64,000 nucleotides of DNA from Syntrophales bacterium (GTDB lineage: Bacteria; Desulfobacterota; Syntrophia; Syntrophales; PHBD01). This document shows, in pieces, positions 29,615 to 40,299 of the stretch (the first letter of the stretch is position 1; every line of letters begins with the position of its first letter). Under the pieces are notes generated by a model. The model was not told where the DNA came from. It ran no database searches and was given only the letters and a program-made list of their open reading frames with translations. Both the position numbers and the translations under genes were made by a program. Location: contig OY764159.1 of assembly GCA_963668175.1 (NCBI GenBank), forward strand, positions 2,816,001 through 2,880,000, read 5' to 3'.

Positions 29615-31402
29615 TTAATCCTCCTTCACTATGGCGCCGACTTTGCAGAGCTGCTGGCAAACGGTGCAGCCGTTGCACAGGGCCGCATCGATGACGGACA
29701 GGCCTTCCTGTTTCTTGGCGTTCTTTTTGACGTCCTTGGGGTCCATGCCGTCGAACTTCTTCCACGCGATGGCCGGGCAGCCGATGCCGAGGCATGTCTT
29801 GCAGCCGACGCATTTGTCCGGGTCGACCCTGAGGGCCTTCTCGGCGGGCGCCGCCGCTCTCTTGAAGAGGACGCAGGACCTTCTCGAGATGACGACGGAG
29901 GGCCCGGGGTTCGCCAGTTCCTGGTCGAGGGCGGCCTTCATGGCCTTGAGGTCGTACGGATCGACGACCTGGACGTTGTCCACGCCGAGGGACCGGCACA
30001 GGGCCTCGATGTCGAGGGCCTTGGTCTTCTCGCCCTGGATGGTGAAGCCGGTGGCCGGATGCTCCTGCATGCCGGTCATGGCCGTAGTCCGGTTGTCGCA
30101 GATGACGACGACGGCGTTGCTCTTGTTGTAGACCATGTTGAGGAGCGGCGTGATCCCCGAATGGATGAACGTCGAATCGCCGATGACCGCCACGATCTTG
30201 CCCTTCCCCTTTTCCTTCAGGGCCTTGCTCATCCCGTGGGCCATGCCGATGCTGGCGCCCATACAGATGCAGGAATGGAGCCCCTCCAGCGGTTTCAGGA
30301 AGGAGAGCGTGTAGCAGCCGATGTCGCCCGTGACGAAGGCCTTGGTCTTCTTGAGGACGGCAAAGAGCGCCCGGTGCGGGCAGCCGGGACATAGGTTCGG
30401 CGGCCGGGCCGGAATCGCCTCCACGGGGGCCGTCGCCGGTTTGTTGCCCGTCATGGCCGCTTCGATGACGCCGGGGTCGAATTCGTTCGTGAACGGGAAG
30501 ATCGCCTTGCCCGTGACCTCGATGCCCATGGCCCGGATCTGGTCCTCGATGAAGGGGTCCATCTCCTCGATGACGTAGAGTTTTTTCACCTTCGACGCGA
30601 ATTCCCGTATCATTTTCTCGGGCAGGGGATTGACCATGCCGAGCTTGAGGTACGAATAGCCGGGGAAGACCGCCTTGGCGTAATTGTAGGGGAGCCCCGC
30701 CGTGACGATGCCCACCTCGGGGTCGCCCATTTCGATCTTGTTGATCGGTAAAGTCTCGGCGAACGTTTTCAGGGCCGCCGATCTCTTCTCGACTTCCAGG
30801 CGGCGCAGACGGGCGAGGGCGGGGACCATGACGTACTTCATGGCGTTGAAGGTAATGGCCGTCTTGTCCTCGGCGGGTTTCGGCTTGTCGATCTTCACGA
30901 CGGACTTGGAGTGCGAAAGGCGCGTCGTCGTCCGGAGGAAGACGGGCGTGTCGAACTGTTCGCTGATATCGAAGGCCAGCTTTATGAAGTCCTTGCCCTC
31001 CTGGGAGTCGGACGGTTCCAGCATGGGAATCCTGGCGAATTTCGCGTAATTCCGGTTGTCCTGTTCGTTCTGGGAGCTGTGGAGGGAGGGGTCGTCGGCG
31101 CTGATGATGACGAGGGCCCCGTTGGTCCCGGTATAGCTGACGGTGAATAAGGGGTCGGCGGCCACGTTCACCCCGACGTGCTTCATGGTCACCAGGGCCT
31201 TGGCCCCGGCCATGGCGGCCCCGATGCCGACTTCCAGGGCGACCTTCTCGTTGGGGGACCATTCGGCGTACACGCCTTCGTTCTTTGCGAACTCCTCCAT
31301 GATCTCCGTGCTGGGAGTACCCGGATAGCCCGAGGCGAACGTTACGCCGTGCTCGTAGGCTCCTCTCGCAATGGCCTCATTTCCCGACATGAGCTTCTTC
31401 AT
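29615..31402 (-). CDS. iorA: Indolepyruvate:ferredoxin oxidoreductase alpha subunit
   Basis: GNEAIARGA, GYPGTPSTE, RPPNLCPGCPH, GDIGC, GDSTF and a C-terminal ferredoxin domain. Confidence 0.96.
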   Translation of the reverse strand: MKKLMSGNEAIARGAYEHGVTFASGYPGTPSTEIMEEFAKNEGVYAEWSPNEKVALEVGIGAAMAGAKALVTMKHVGVNVAADPLFTVSYTGTNGALVIISADDPSLHSSQNEQDNRNYAKFARIPMLEPSDSQEGKDFIKLAFDISEQFDTPVFLRTTTRLSHSKSVVKIDKPKPAEDKTAITFNAMKYVMVPALARLRRLEVEKRSAALKTFAETLPINKIEMGDPEVGIVTAGLPYNYAKAVFPGYSYLKLGMVNPLPEKMIREFASKVKKLYVIEEMDPFIEDQIRAMGIEVTGKAIFPFTNEFDPGVIEAAMTGNKPATAPVEAIPARPPNLCPGCPHRALFAVLKKTKAFVTGDIGCYTLSFLKPLEGLHSCICMGASIGMAHGMSKALKEKGKGKIVAVIGDSTFIHSGITPLLNMVYNKSNAVVVICDNRTTAMTGMQEHPATGFTIQGEKTKALDIEALCRSLGVDNVQVVDPYDLKAMKAALDQELANPGPSVVISRRSCVLFKRAAAPAEKALRVDPDKCVGCKTCLGIGCPAIAWKKFDGMDPKDVKKNAKKQEGLSVIDAALCNGCTVCQQLCKVGAIVKED

Positions 31403-31560
31403 AAAATCTCCTTGCAGTGTTGTAATAAGGAAAACCCGGCGGCGGGCGACTAGGCAAAGGAAAGGAGGGACCTGTTATTTCGATAACCGTTTGCCGCTGT
31501 CCCCTGTATCAGACCCGGCCGCATGATTCATGCCCGCCGTCTTTCGCGGCGGGCACCGGG

Positions 31561-32229
31561 TTAACCCAGTGTAGCGATCTTTCGCTTGATAAAACGTTCG
31601 ACCAGGGGGTCCTTCGTCTTGCCCAGGGCCTTCTGGTAGTATTCGAGGGCTTTCGCCTTGTCGTTCAGGGATTCGTAAATCCTCCCCAGGTTCCTGAAAT
31701 TCATGGACTCGAAATCCGCACCCGCCTTCGATTTCTCCGCTTTTTCGTAATACGAAAGAGCGGTCTTGAAATCGCCCTTGTTCTCGTAACAGTAGCCGAG
31801 GCCCGTGTAGGTGAGGGCCGTCAGGTCGTTGTCCTCCGGCCCCTGCTTGAGGTACGCCAGGTAGGCGGCCGTCGCCCCGTCGATGTCGTTCATACGGTAC
31901 AGGATGTTGCCCAGGCGGTACTGGGCCATGAGGCCGGCCGCGCTGTCCGGGTATTTCTTGGCGATATCCCTGTATTGGTTGAGGATGTCCTGCACATTCT
32001 CCGTCGTGGCGGCGGCAAGGTTGGCCTTGGCGTAAAGGGCGTTGGCGCTCTTTTCGTAATCGAGGCGGTAGAGGTACCAGCCGCCGGAAGCCAGGACGAT
32101 AAAGGCGAAGACGGCGATGCCGACGTAAAATTTCTGCCGGTGCTCATTGAAAAACGCGATGCCTTTCATGAAATAGACCTGCAGGGTATCGGGTTCTTTC
32201 AATTCCTTGTCGATCTTCTTTTCAGCCAT
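31561..32229 (-). CDS. YfgM-like TPR membrane protein
   Basis: ELKEPD, one TM segment and TPR repeats. Confidence 0.8.
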   Translation of the reverse strand: MAEKKIDKELKEPDTLQVYFMKGIAFFNEHRQKFYVGIAVFAFIVLASGGWYLYRLDYEKSANALYAKANLAAATTENVQDILNQYRDIAKKYPDSAAGLMAQYRLGNILYRMNDIDGATAAYLAYLKQGPEDNDLTALTYTGLGYCYENKGDFKTALSYYEKAEKSKAGADFESMNFRNLGRIYESLNDKAKALEYYQKALGKTKDPLVERFIKRKIATLG

Positions 32230-32244
32230 GGTCTTAAGTATCCT

Positions 32245-32649
32245 TTACAAGTGACGGTTTATTTTCTCGATGAAATCGTTTTTGAATCTCACGATCCTGC
32301 CTTCACGGTTCGTGCAGGCGTGTACGGTGTATCCTTCCACGAGCTGCCGGGTGCGTTCCTCGTCCCAGATCTCGTAATCGAACCTGATGCTCGCCCGCCG
32401 GACATAGCCGATGGACGTTTCAATCGCGACGACGTCGTCGTACCTCGCCGGCGATAGGTAATGGCAGTAAGCCTCCGACAGCGGCAGGTTGAACTGCTCG
32501 GACTCCATCTCGGCGTAGACGAGCCCGATCGAACGCATCATCTCCGTGCGGCCGATCTCGAACCATTTGACGTAGTTCGTGTGATACACGATGCCCATGG
32601 CGTCCGTATCGGCAAAGATCACGCGCACCCGGAAGACGTGCTTATTCAA
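32245..32649 (-). CDS. Acyl-CoA thioesterase, YbgC/FadM family
   Basis: RVIFADTDAMGIVYHTNYVKWFEIGRTE; probable TTG start overlapping the apgM stop. Confidence 0.88.
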   Translation of the reverse strand: MNKHVFRVRVIFADTDAMGIVYHTNYVKWFEIGRTEMMRSIGLVYAEMESEQFNLPLSEAYCHYLSPARYDDVVAIETSIGYVRRASIRFDYEIWDEERTRQLVEGYTVHACTNREGRIVRFKNDFIEKINRHL

Positions 32650-33859
32650 AGGCGCCCCCGATGAATTTTTCCAGGAGCAGGTGGCCGGGCGTGACCAGCA
32701 ATCCCGCCTCGCGGGCCGCCTTTTCGCAGAACGGCCGTCCGTAGCCGCGGTTCTCGCAAAGCGCCGAGGACAGTACGGCGAAGGGGCTGGGGTCCGACAC
32801 ATGCGTCTTGCGCACGATGGGGGTCGGGTGGTCGGAGAGTACGAGGAGGCGGTACAGCATGCCCGCGCCCTCAAGCCCGGTGAGCACCGTTCCCACGACC
32901 TTCTCGTCGAAATCCTCGATGGCCTTGATCTTGCCCTCGATGTTTCCCTCGTGTCCCATTTCGTCGGGGGCCTCCACGTGGACGAAAACGAAGTCCCTAC
33001 TCCTCAGCACTTCCAGGGCCGCCACGGCCTTCCCGCGGTAATCGGTGTCGATGTAGCCCGTGGCCCCGGGGACATGGACGATGTCGAGGCCCGCGTACAC
33101 GCCGATGCCCCGGAGGAGATCGACGGCCGATATCATGGACCCCGTGAGGCCGAACCGCTCCGTGAGCGGGACCATGGCGGGCGCCCTGCCCTGCCCCCAT
33201 ATCCAGATGTTGTTCGCCGGTTTCTTCCCCGCCGCCTGCCTTTCCCTGTTCACGGGATGGCCCGCAAGGATCCCGGCCGCGCGTTTCATGAGGTCGAGGG
33301 CCTCCGCGGCCCCGTCTCCCTGCGGCAGGTAGGCCGCCGACGCGCATCCCGAGATGTCGTGGGGCGGCGTCGTCTTCAGGGCCTCCGGCCCGCCTTTCCA
33401 GACCAGGAGATGGCGGTAGCTCACCCCCGGGTAGAAGCGGAACGGCCCGCCCTTGAGCTTCTCTTCCAGGTCCACGATGATCCGGCGCGCCTCGTCGGAC
33501 GAGATGTTGCCGGCGTTGTATGCTTCCATGGCGGGGTTATCGCCATCGCCCAGCGTCACGAGGTTGCAGCGGAAAGCCACGTCGTCGGGACCAAGGCTTA
33601 CACCCATGCTGGCCGCCTCCAACGGTCCGCGGCCAGAGTAGCAGGTGTTGCAGTCGTATCCCAAAACCGTGAGGTTCGCCACGTCGCTCCCCGGCGGAAA
33701 GCCCCGGGGGATCGTATCGACGAGCCCCAGCCTGCCCGCTTGCGCTATCCGGTCCATGTTGGGCGTCCGGGCGCATTCGAGAGGCGTCCTTCCGTCCAGC
33801 GCATCGACAGGGTAGTCGGCCATGCCGTCCCCGAGGAGGATGGCGTACTTCATCTTCAT
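32642..33859 (-). CDS. apgM: Cofactor-independent phosphoglycerate mutase (ApgM-type)
   Basis: GDGMADYP, PGSDVANL, HVEAPDEMGH and SDHPTP; adjacent to hom. Confidence 0.9.
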   Translation of the reverse strand: MKMKYAILLGDGMADYPVDALDGRTPLECARTPNMDRIAQAGRLGLVDTIPRGFPPGSDVANLTVLGYDCNTCYSGRGPLEAASMGVSLGPDDVAFRCNLVTLGDGDNPAMEAYNAGNISSDEARRIIVDLEEKLKGGPFRFYPGVSYRHLLVWKGGPEALKTTPPHDISGCASAAYLPQGDGAAEALDLMKRAAGILAGHPVNRERQAAGKKPANNIWIWGQGRAPAMVPLTERFGLTGSMISAVDLLRGIGVYAGLDIVHVPGATGYIDTDYRGKAVAALEVLRSRDFVFVHVEAPDEMGHEGNIEGKIKAIEDFDEKVVGTVLTGLEGAGMLYRLLVLSDHPTPIVRKTHVSDPSPFAVLSSALCENRGYGRPFCEKAAREAGLLVTPGHLLLEKFIGGAFE

Positions 33860-35166
33860 ACCTTGTTGTCCTCGATCCGGATCAGGACGGTCTTGCCCTG
33901 GACGATGTCGAGCCGGTCGATTTCGGCCAGGGCCTCGCGCACGTCGATCTCCCGCGATTTATGCGTCGTCATGACGACGGGGACGGCGCCGACCTGCTTC
34001 CTGCCCTTCTGGATGACCGAAGCGATGCTGATGTTCCTGGAGCCCAGGATGCCCGCGATCTTCGAGAGGACGCCGGGACGGTCCATGGCGGAGAAGCGGA
34101 AATAGTAGTTCGTCATGATCTCGTCCATGGGCATGATGCGGATGTCCTCGATGACGTCCTCGCGGAGCGACCGCGCCGGCACCCGGCAGGAGGCGCTCAT
34201 GATGAGGTCCCGGGCGATATCGACGATGTCGCTTACCACGGCGGAGGCCGTGGGCATCATCCCCGCACCCTGCCCGTACAGGAAAACGGAATTGGCCGCG
34301 TCGCCCATGATATGAAAGGCGTTGTAGTTCGCGTTCACGTTCGCCAGGAGGTGGTCGAAGGGGATCATGGTCGGGTGGATCCTGGCCTCCACGGCATCGC
34401 CCCTTTTGATGGCGATAGCGAGAAGCTTGATCCGGTAGCCCAGTTCCTTGGCGAATTCGATGTCCTGCTGGCTGATGCCCGAGATGCCCTCCTTGTAGAG
34501 GTCGTCCATGTTGACGCGCTTGCCGTAGGCGAGCGAAAGGAGGATGGCGAGTTTGTGGGCCGTGTCGATCCCCTCGATGTCGAAGGTCGGGTCGGCCTCG
34601 GCGAAACCCAGTTCCTGGGCCTCTTTCAGGACGGACGGGAAATCCTTGCCCTCGTCGGTCATCTTCGTGAGGATATAGTTGCAGGTCCCGTTCAGGATGC
34701 CTAGGACCGACAGGATCTGGTTGGCGACGAGGGATTCCTTCAGGGTCTTGACGATGGGAATGGTCCCGCCGACGCTCGCCTCGAAGCCGATGTCGACGCC
34801 GTGGCTCTCCGCCGCCTGGAAGATTTCGTTGCCGTGGGTGGCCAAAAGGGCCTTGTTCGCGGTAACGACGTTCTTGCGACGGGCGAAGGCCCGGAGAATG
34901 AAGTTGCGCGCCGGTTCGTAGCCGCCCATGAGTTCGACGACGATGGCGATTTCCGGGTCGTTGAGAATGGACGAAGCGTCCGTCGTGAGCATCTGCGGAT
35001 CGACGGCCACCGGCCGGGACGTCGTGATATCGAGATCGGCGATCTTCTTGAGGGTGAGCTTCACGCCCAGCCGCTTGGTCAGGATTGATTCGTTGTCGCG
35101 CAGAAGCTTGACGACGCCGCTGCCGATGGTGCCGAAGCCTATGAGTCCGATATTGATTTCTTTCAT
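33856..35166 (-). CDS. hom: Homoserine dehydrogenase with ACT domain
   Basis: GFGTIG, VVTANKA, FEASVGG, GILNGTCN, AEADPTFDIEG and DRPGVL. Confidence 0.97.
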   Translation of the reverse strand: MKEINIGLIGFGTIGSGVVKLLRDNESILTKRLGVKLTLKKIADLDITTSRPVAVDPQMLTTDASSILNDPEIAIVVELMGGYEPARNFILRAFARRKNVVTANKALLATHGNEIFQAAESHGVDIGFEASVGGTIPIVKTLKESLVANQILSVLGILNGTCNYILTKMTDEGKDFPSVLKEAQELGFAEADPTFDIEGIDTAHKLAILLSLAYGKRVNMDDLYKEGISGISQQDIEFAKELGYRIKLLAIAIKRGDAVEARIHPTMIPFDHLLANVNANYNAFHIMGDAANSVFLYGQGAGMMPTASAVVSDIVDIARDLIMSASCRVPARSLREDVIEDIRIMPMDEIMTNYYFRFSAMDRPGVLSKIAGILGSRNISIASVIQKGRKQVGAVPVVMTTHKSREIDVREALAEIDRLDIVQGKTVLIRIEDNKV

Positions 35167-35417
35167 GATGTGTGTCCTTAAGCAAGGGCCTCACTTATGC
35201 CCTCGTGAGGCCGGTAAAAATCCGGCCGTTTGCCCGACCTGGAGGTTCCCGGGGGGCCGGGGAAGCTTTATTGAGAAGCTGCGGGCCGTGCGCGCTTGCG
35301 GCGCAGCCTATATCCTCAGGTTCAAGGCAAACAACGCTTCTATAACAGGTTCAGGCCGTTTGTCAAAACAATTTCGATGATTGCGTGGAAGCAGGAAAGT
35401 CTCTGGGACGGCGGCGG

Positions 35418-35466
35418 GCGCGGCCCCCTATGCGGGGGGCGCGGCCCCCTATGCAGGGGGCGCGGC
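35418..35466. repeat. Tandem 21-bp hairpin repeat, about 2.3 copies
   Basis: GCGCGGCCCCCTATGCRGGGG twice, then GCGCGGC. Confidence 0.85.
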
Positions 35467-35506
35467 AGGTGCGGCCGTTTGGAAACGCGGGACGGCTCAG
35501 GACGGA

Positions 35507-36298
35507 TCAGGAACAGGAATCCTTTTCCCGCCGCTTCATTTTGTGGATGAATTCCTTCATGATGAATTCGTTCATCCGGGCCTTTCTTTCGGGCCGGGAG
35601 AAGAGGAGCGCCGACGTCCCCAGTTCGAGGTCCAGGGCGGCCGCCCGGTCCAGCCTGGGGGCGATGTCCGTCAGTCGCTTGACGGCCATGATGGCCTCGG
35701 CGGAGCGTTTGGCCAGCTCCTCCGCCATGACGAGGGCCTCGGACATGAAGCACTCGGGGGCGCATACCTTGTTGACCAGGCCGATCCTCAGGGCCTCCTG
35801 GGCGCCGATGGGCTCCCCGAGCATGGTGATTTCCTTGGCTTTCGCCGTTCCGACGAGTTGGGCCAGGGGATTGAAAAGAGGGTTCAGGCCGAATTTCAGT
35901 TCCGGGTGGCCGAAGATGGCCGCCTCGGAGGCGATGATGATATCGCAGACGACCGCCAGGTTGAAGCCGCCGCCGAGGGCAATGCCGCCGACCGCCGCCA
36001 CCACCGGCTTCCTGAACGTATAGATCTTCTTGAGGTACGCCGTCATGGACTGGAAGAAGAGGTCGATCTCCTCGTCCGTAAGGGACGACATTTCCTTGAT
36101 GTCCATTCCCGCCGAGAATACGAACTCGCCGCCCGTCAGGACGACGGACCGGACGTTGCTGTCGTTCTCGATCGCCTTGAAGGCATGGAGGATCTCCCTG
36201 CGCATGTCGGCCGAGAGGGCGTTCATCTCCCGGGGCCTGTTCATCGTGACGACGGCGTATCCAGCTTGTTGATCGACGGTTATCGTGTGATATTCCAT
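35507..36298 (-). CDS. Enoyl-CoA hydratase/isomerase family protein
   Basis: MNRPREMNALS, FSAGMDI, GIALGGG and HPELKFG. Confidence 0.93.
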   Translation of the reverse strand: MEYHTITVDQQAGYAVVTMNRPREMNALSADMRREILHAFKAIENDSNVRSVVLTGGEFVFSAGMDIKEMSSLTDEEIDLFFQSMTAYLKKIYTFRKPVVAAVGGIALGGGFNLAVVCDIIIASEAAIFGHPELKFGLNPLFNPLAQLVGTAKAKEITMLGEPIGAQEALRIGLVNKVCAPECFMSEALVMAEELAKRSAEAIMAVKRLTDIAPRLDRAAALDLELGTSALLFSRPERKARMNEFIMKEFIHKMKRREKDSCS

Positions 36299-36342
36299 GA
36301 TTTAAGTAGCGAGTCCTTTTCCTGTCTTTCGGCCGTGACGGT

Positions 36343-37251
36343 TCAGGGCGATGTCGGCCTGTAGATGTAGCTCACCCCGGGAGAGGCGGCGGTTTTATTC
36401 CGGATTTCGTCGATCGCCCTGGACATCATGCCCTGAAGGAAATAATCGGCCAGGGAGTCTTTCTTCCTGGGCGGATAGACCGTGTCCGGCATACCCTTGA
36501 TGCCGCTCATGGCCCCGGCCAGGCGCACGGCCGTGTTCAGGTCGCCCAGGTCGTCGATGAGTTTGAGCTGTTTGGCCTGGCGGCCCGAAAAGACCCGGCC
36601 GTCGGCGATCTTCTTCAGTTCTTCTTTGGGAATTTTCCGGCTCTGCACGACGACGTCGAGGAACTGGTCGTAGATGTCGTCGACGAGACCCTGGATCAGG
36701 ATCTTTTCCTCGTCGGTCATCTCCCGGAGCGGCGACCCCATGTCCTTGTATTTGCCGCTCTTGATGACCTGCCCCTTCACGCCGATTTTCTTGAATAGCT
36801 CTTCCACATTCGCGAAATGCATGATGGCCGAGATGCTGCCGGTGATGGTGCCCGGGTTGGCGACGATCTTGTCGGCGCCGCAGGCGATCAGGTAGCCGCC
36901 GGATGCCGCCAGGGTGCCCATGGAGGCGACGACTTTCTTCTGTTTCTTAAGTTCGACGACAGCGCCGTAGATCTCCTGGGACGAGGCCACGCCGCCGCCG
37001 GGGGAATCGATCCTGAGGACGACGGCCTTGATGCTTTCGTCCTGGGCAAAGCTGTTGATCTGGTCGACGATCTCTTTCGATTCGGCGATAACGCCTTCAA
37101 TAGGAACGACGCCGACCTTGTCGTTCAGGGACAAGGCGTGGCGCCGTTTGCTGCTTCCCAGTGAACTGAGACCGAAGATGACGAGGGTAAAGATGAATCC
37201 TGCGATAAACAGGATAAAGAGTCCAAAGAAAACCGGGTGTTTTCTTATCAT
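36343..37251 (-). CDS. sppA: Signal peptide peptidase SppA (S49, short form)
   Basis: RIDSPGG, AASGGY, TGSIS, KSGKYKD and DGRVFSG. Confidence 0.95.
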   Translation of the reverse strand: MIRKHPVFFGLFILFIAGFIFTLVIFGLSSLGSSKRRHALSLNDKVGVVPIEGVIAESKEIVDQINSFAQDESIKAVVLRIDSPGGGVASSQEIYGAVVELKKQKKVVASMGTLAASGGYLIACGADKIVANPGTITGSISAIMHFANVEELFKKIGVKGQVIKSGKYKDMGSPLREMTDEEKILIQGLVDDIYDQFLDVVVQSRKIPKEELKKIADGRVFSGRQAKQLKLIDDLGDLNTAVRLAGAMSGIKGMPDTVYPPRKKDSLADYFLQGMMSRAIDEIRNKTAASPGVSYIYRPTSP

Positions 37252-39008
37252 CAGTTATCCGCTCGATCCGATCCGGCTTCGGCCATTTTGGCCTCGGCAA
37301 GGGCCCTGCCGAGATTGGACCCCAGATTTTCCTTGTTGTTCAGATAATGATGGATATCCTTCTCCTCGGCCTGGGGCGATTCCAGTTCCTTGATGCTCAG
37401 TCTGATCTTCTTGGTCTTCGTGTCGAGGCTCTTGACGACGGCCGACACGCTGTCGCCGACGTGGTAAAGCTCCGACGCGGTTTTGACGCGCTTCTGGCTC
37501 AACTCCGAAATGTGGACGAGACCCTCGATGCCGTCCTCGATCTCGACGAAGACGCCGAAATCGGTGATGTTCGTGATCTTGCCGTTCACGATGGAGCCCG
37601 TGGTGTATTTATGGGCCAGCTCTTCCCAGGGGTTCTTTTCGATCTGCTTGATCCCCAGCGAGAATTTCTCGTTGGCGACGTCGACGTTCAGGACGACCGC
37701 CTCGATTTCCTGCCCCTTCTTGTAGAACTCGGAAGGATGCTTGACGCGCTGCTTCCAGGAAATGTCGGAGACGTGGACGAGGCCGTCGATGCCTTCCTCG
37801 ACGCCGATGAAGATGCCGAAGTTCGTGATGTTGCGGATGACGCCGCGGATGACGGTCCCTTCGGGATACTTCTGCTTGAGCGTCTCCCAGGGGTTCGTCG
37901 TCGTCTGCTTGAGTCCGAGCGATATGCGTTTCGCCTCGGGGTTGACTTCGAGGATCATGACGTTGACCTCGTCGCCCGCCGTGAGGACCTTCGAGGGGTG
38001 TTTGATTTCCCGGGTCCAGAACATCTCGGATACGTGGATCAGGCCTTCGACGCCCGGTTCCAGCTCGACGAACGCGCCGTAATCCATAACGTTGACGACC
38101 TTGCCCTGGACAATCGTCCCTACGTGGTATTTCTCGGTGATTTCGTTCCAGGGGTTCCTCGCCAGTTGCTTGAGGCCCAGGGATACGCGCTCCTTATCGC
38201 GGTCGAAGGAGAGGATCTTCACCTTGATCTTGTCGCCCCGGCTGAAGTTGTCGGCCGGCCGCGAGATCCGCCCCCAGGAAATGTCCGTCACGTGGAGGAG
38301 GCCGTCGATGCCGCCCAGGTCGATGAAGAGGCCGTAATCGGTGATGTTTTTAATGATGCCCTCGACGACCTTGCCTTCTTCGATGTTCGCCAGGGTGTTC
38401 TTCTTCTCGGCCTCTCTTTCGACCTCCAGGATGGCCCGGCGGGAGAGGACGACGTTGTTGCGCTTGCGGTCGTATTTCAGGATGTTGAACATGAAGGATT
38501 GGCCGACGAATTTTTCCAGGTCCCGCACCGGGCGGATGTCCACCTGGGAGCCGGGCAGGAAGGCCGGGACGCCGATATCCACGGAGAGACCGCCCTTGAG
38601 GCGCTCGGTGATGGTTCCCTTGATCGGCTTGTTCTGCTCGTAAGCCAGCTTGATATCGTCCCAAACCTTGATCTTGGCGGCCTTGTCGCGGGAAAGGACG
38701 AGGTTGCCGTCCGAATCCCTTCTGTCCACCAGGATTTCGATTTCGTCGCCGACGGCGATATTGATGTTGCCCTTGCCGTCCCTGAGTTCCCTGGCCGGGA
38801 TGTAGCCTTCCGTCTTCCAGCCGACATCAACCATGACGACATCGGCATTTATCTGCACGACCTTTCCGGTCACGATTTCGCCCATCTGCAGGCTTTGCAG
38901 GCTTTGTTCGTAGAGTTCCTTGAAACCCATGTCTTCCGATGATCCGGAAGCGCTCTCTTTTTCTGAATCTTGCGGTTGATTTTGAATTTCGTTGTTATTG
39001 TTGACCAT
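37251..39008 (-). CDS. rpsA: 30S ribosomal protein S1
   Basis: Six S1 domains (FLPGSQVD, DGLLHVTDISW, EGLIHVSE). Confidence 0.98.
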   Translation of the reverse strand: MVNNNNEIQNQPQDSEKESASGSSEDMGFKELYEQSLQSLQMGEIVTGKVVQINADVVMVDVGWKTEGYIPARELRDGKGNINIAVGDEIEILVDRRDSDGNLVLSRDKAAKIKVWDDIKLAYEQNKPIKGTITERLKGGLSVDIGVPAFLPGSQVDIRPVRDLEKFVGQSFMFNILKYDRKRNNVVLSRRAILEVEREAEKKNTLANIEEGKVVEGIIKNITDYGLFIDLGGIDGLLHVTDISWGRISRPADNFSRGDKIKVKILSFDRDKERVSLGLKQLARNPWNEITEKYHVGTIVQGKVVNVMDYGAFVELEPGVEGLIHVSEMFWTREIKHPSKVLTAGDEVNVMILEVNPEAKRISLGLKQTTTNPWETLKQKYPEGTVIRGVIRNITNFGIFIGVEEGIDGLVHVSDISWKQRVKHPSEFYKKGQEIEAVVLNVDVANEKFSLGIKQIEKNPWEELAHKYTTGSIVNGKITNITDFGVFVEIEDGIEGLVHISELSQKRVKTASELYHVGDSVSAVVKSLDTKTKKIRLSIKELESPQAEEKDIHHYLNNKENLGSNLGRALAEAKMAEAGSDRADN

Positions 39009-39263
39009 TATCCCGATACCCCCTCTTTTTTTTAAAAACATCCATAAGACAGATAAAGTAACACGATGCAATCCAAATATCAAGCATATTCATGACGCTA
39101 CTCCCTGAAAAACGGAAAAAAATCGCTTTTCGTATGCCTCAGGGCCTTCCCGGGGTATGGTAGGAGGATGCTCGGGGTATTCTCCCCATAGAAATGCGGA
39201 CGGCACGGCGCGATCGGCTGGAAGTCAGGATGACGGGCCGTGTGCGGGTCTTTTCAGCCCCGT

Positions 39264-39896
39264 TCAGGCAACGGCGTCCCAGACGGGGCGCTCGAGGAAA
39301 TGCGACAGGGTTTCCGCATACTCCCGGATCGTCGCCAGGTTTGCCTGGTCCGTCAGATGGATGCGGGTCGCGTCGCGAAGGACGAGGTTCAACTCGTAGA
39401 CGACTTCGCTTTGCATCCGGTTTCGTTTCTCGAGGATCTGCAGGGCATGGATTTCTCCCAGGCGCGCGCAGGAATCGGGACGCTGGCGGGCGCAGACGTC
39501 GTCGGGCTTCTTGTGGCCCCGCCAGAAAAAACCCCGGATCTTGTCGAACACCAGGGGAGTGGTAATGTAAAAGATGACGAGGCCGCTGCCGAGAAAAAGG
39601 AGCACGGAGCCGAGCGCCACGCCGATCATGCCCGCGGACAGGCGGGGCTGCGACACGATGATGAAAAACGCCACTGTGCCTATGATCATGAAATAGACGA
39701 ACAGGCTCACGGCCTCCGGCAGCACCTGGAATTCGAGGCGGCTTGCGCCCACGGCACCGATCCGGCGTATTCGTCCCCATCTTTTCAGGGGCGACCATCC
39801 GGTCTTTTCGGCAACGCCGTCATCGAGATGCGGCGGGCAGACAGAGGCGCGATGTTGCGTTTCGTTTCCCTGTCCAGTATCATTTCCGTTGAGCAT
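39264..39896 (-). CDS. Hypothetical membrane protein (2 TM plus cytoplasmic domain)
   Basis: Two hydrophobic segments, then YELNLVLRDATRIHL...LSHFLERPVWD. Start uncertain. Confidence 0.65.
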   Translation of the reverse strand: MLNGNDTGQGNETQHRASVCPPHLDDGVAEKTGWSPLKRWGRIRRIGAVGASRLEFQVLPEAVSLFVYFMIIGTVAFFIIVSQPRLSAGMIGVALGSVLLFLGSGLVIFYITTPLVFDKIRGFFWRGHKKPDDVCARQRPDSCARLGEIHALQILEKRNRMQSEVVYELNLVLRDATRIHLTDQANLATIREYAETLSHFLERPVWDAVA

Positions 39897-40299
39897 GTTT
39901 TCCAACCCGGAAGTTAAAAAGAAGAGAGGGTTACCGGGGCGAAAACGGGTATTTTTGCGCGTTGCCCCTGACGTAACGATTATATACCGATCGCAATGAC
40001 TGATCGGCCGGGATAAATCGCGTTCCGCTTGTCTCAATACTTCAAGTTTCGGTATATTTCCAGGGACAAAAATAAAGTAATACTATGTATTGCTTTATAC
40101 TTTTTTTCACGGAAAAAGTCAAGTCTATTTCTATTGCGGATCAAATGTATAGATTTCTACACAGAGAAGTACATAAACGGAAAGGGCCGTCTTCCGGTTC
40201 CGCTCCCCGTATCTCAGGGCGGCGGATCGGAAGACGACTGTCGGAGAGGGGGAAAAATGGCAAAGGCGGGCCGGCTGTGTCGCTTCACGGCCCGATTCT

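Noticed and set aside
31465..31500. c-di-GMP-I riboswitch upstream of iorA (minus strand GGCAAAC...GAAA)
   Set aside because: Lacks the following GACGCAAAGCC segment and second stem.
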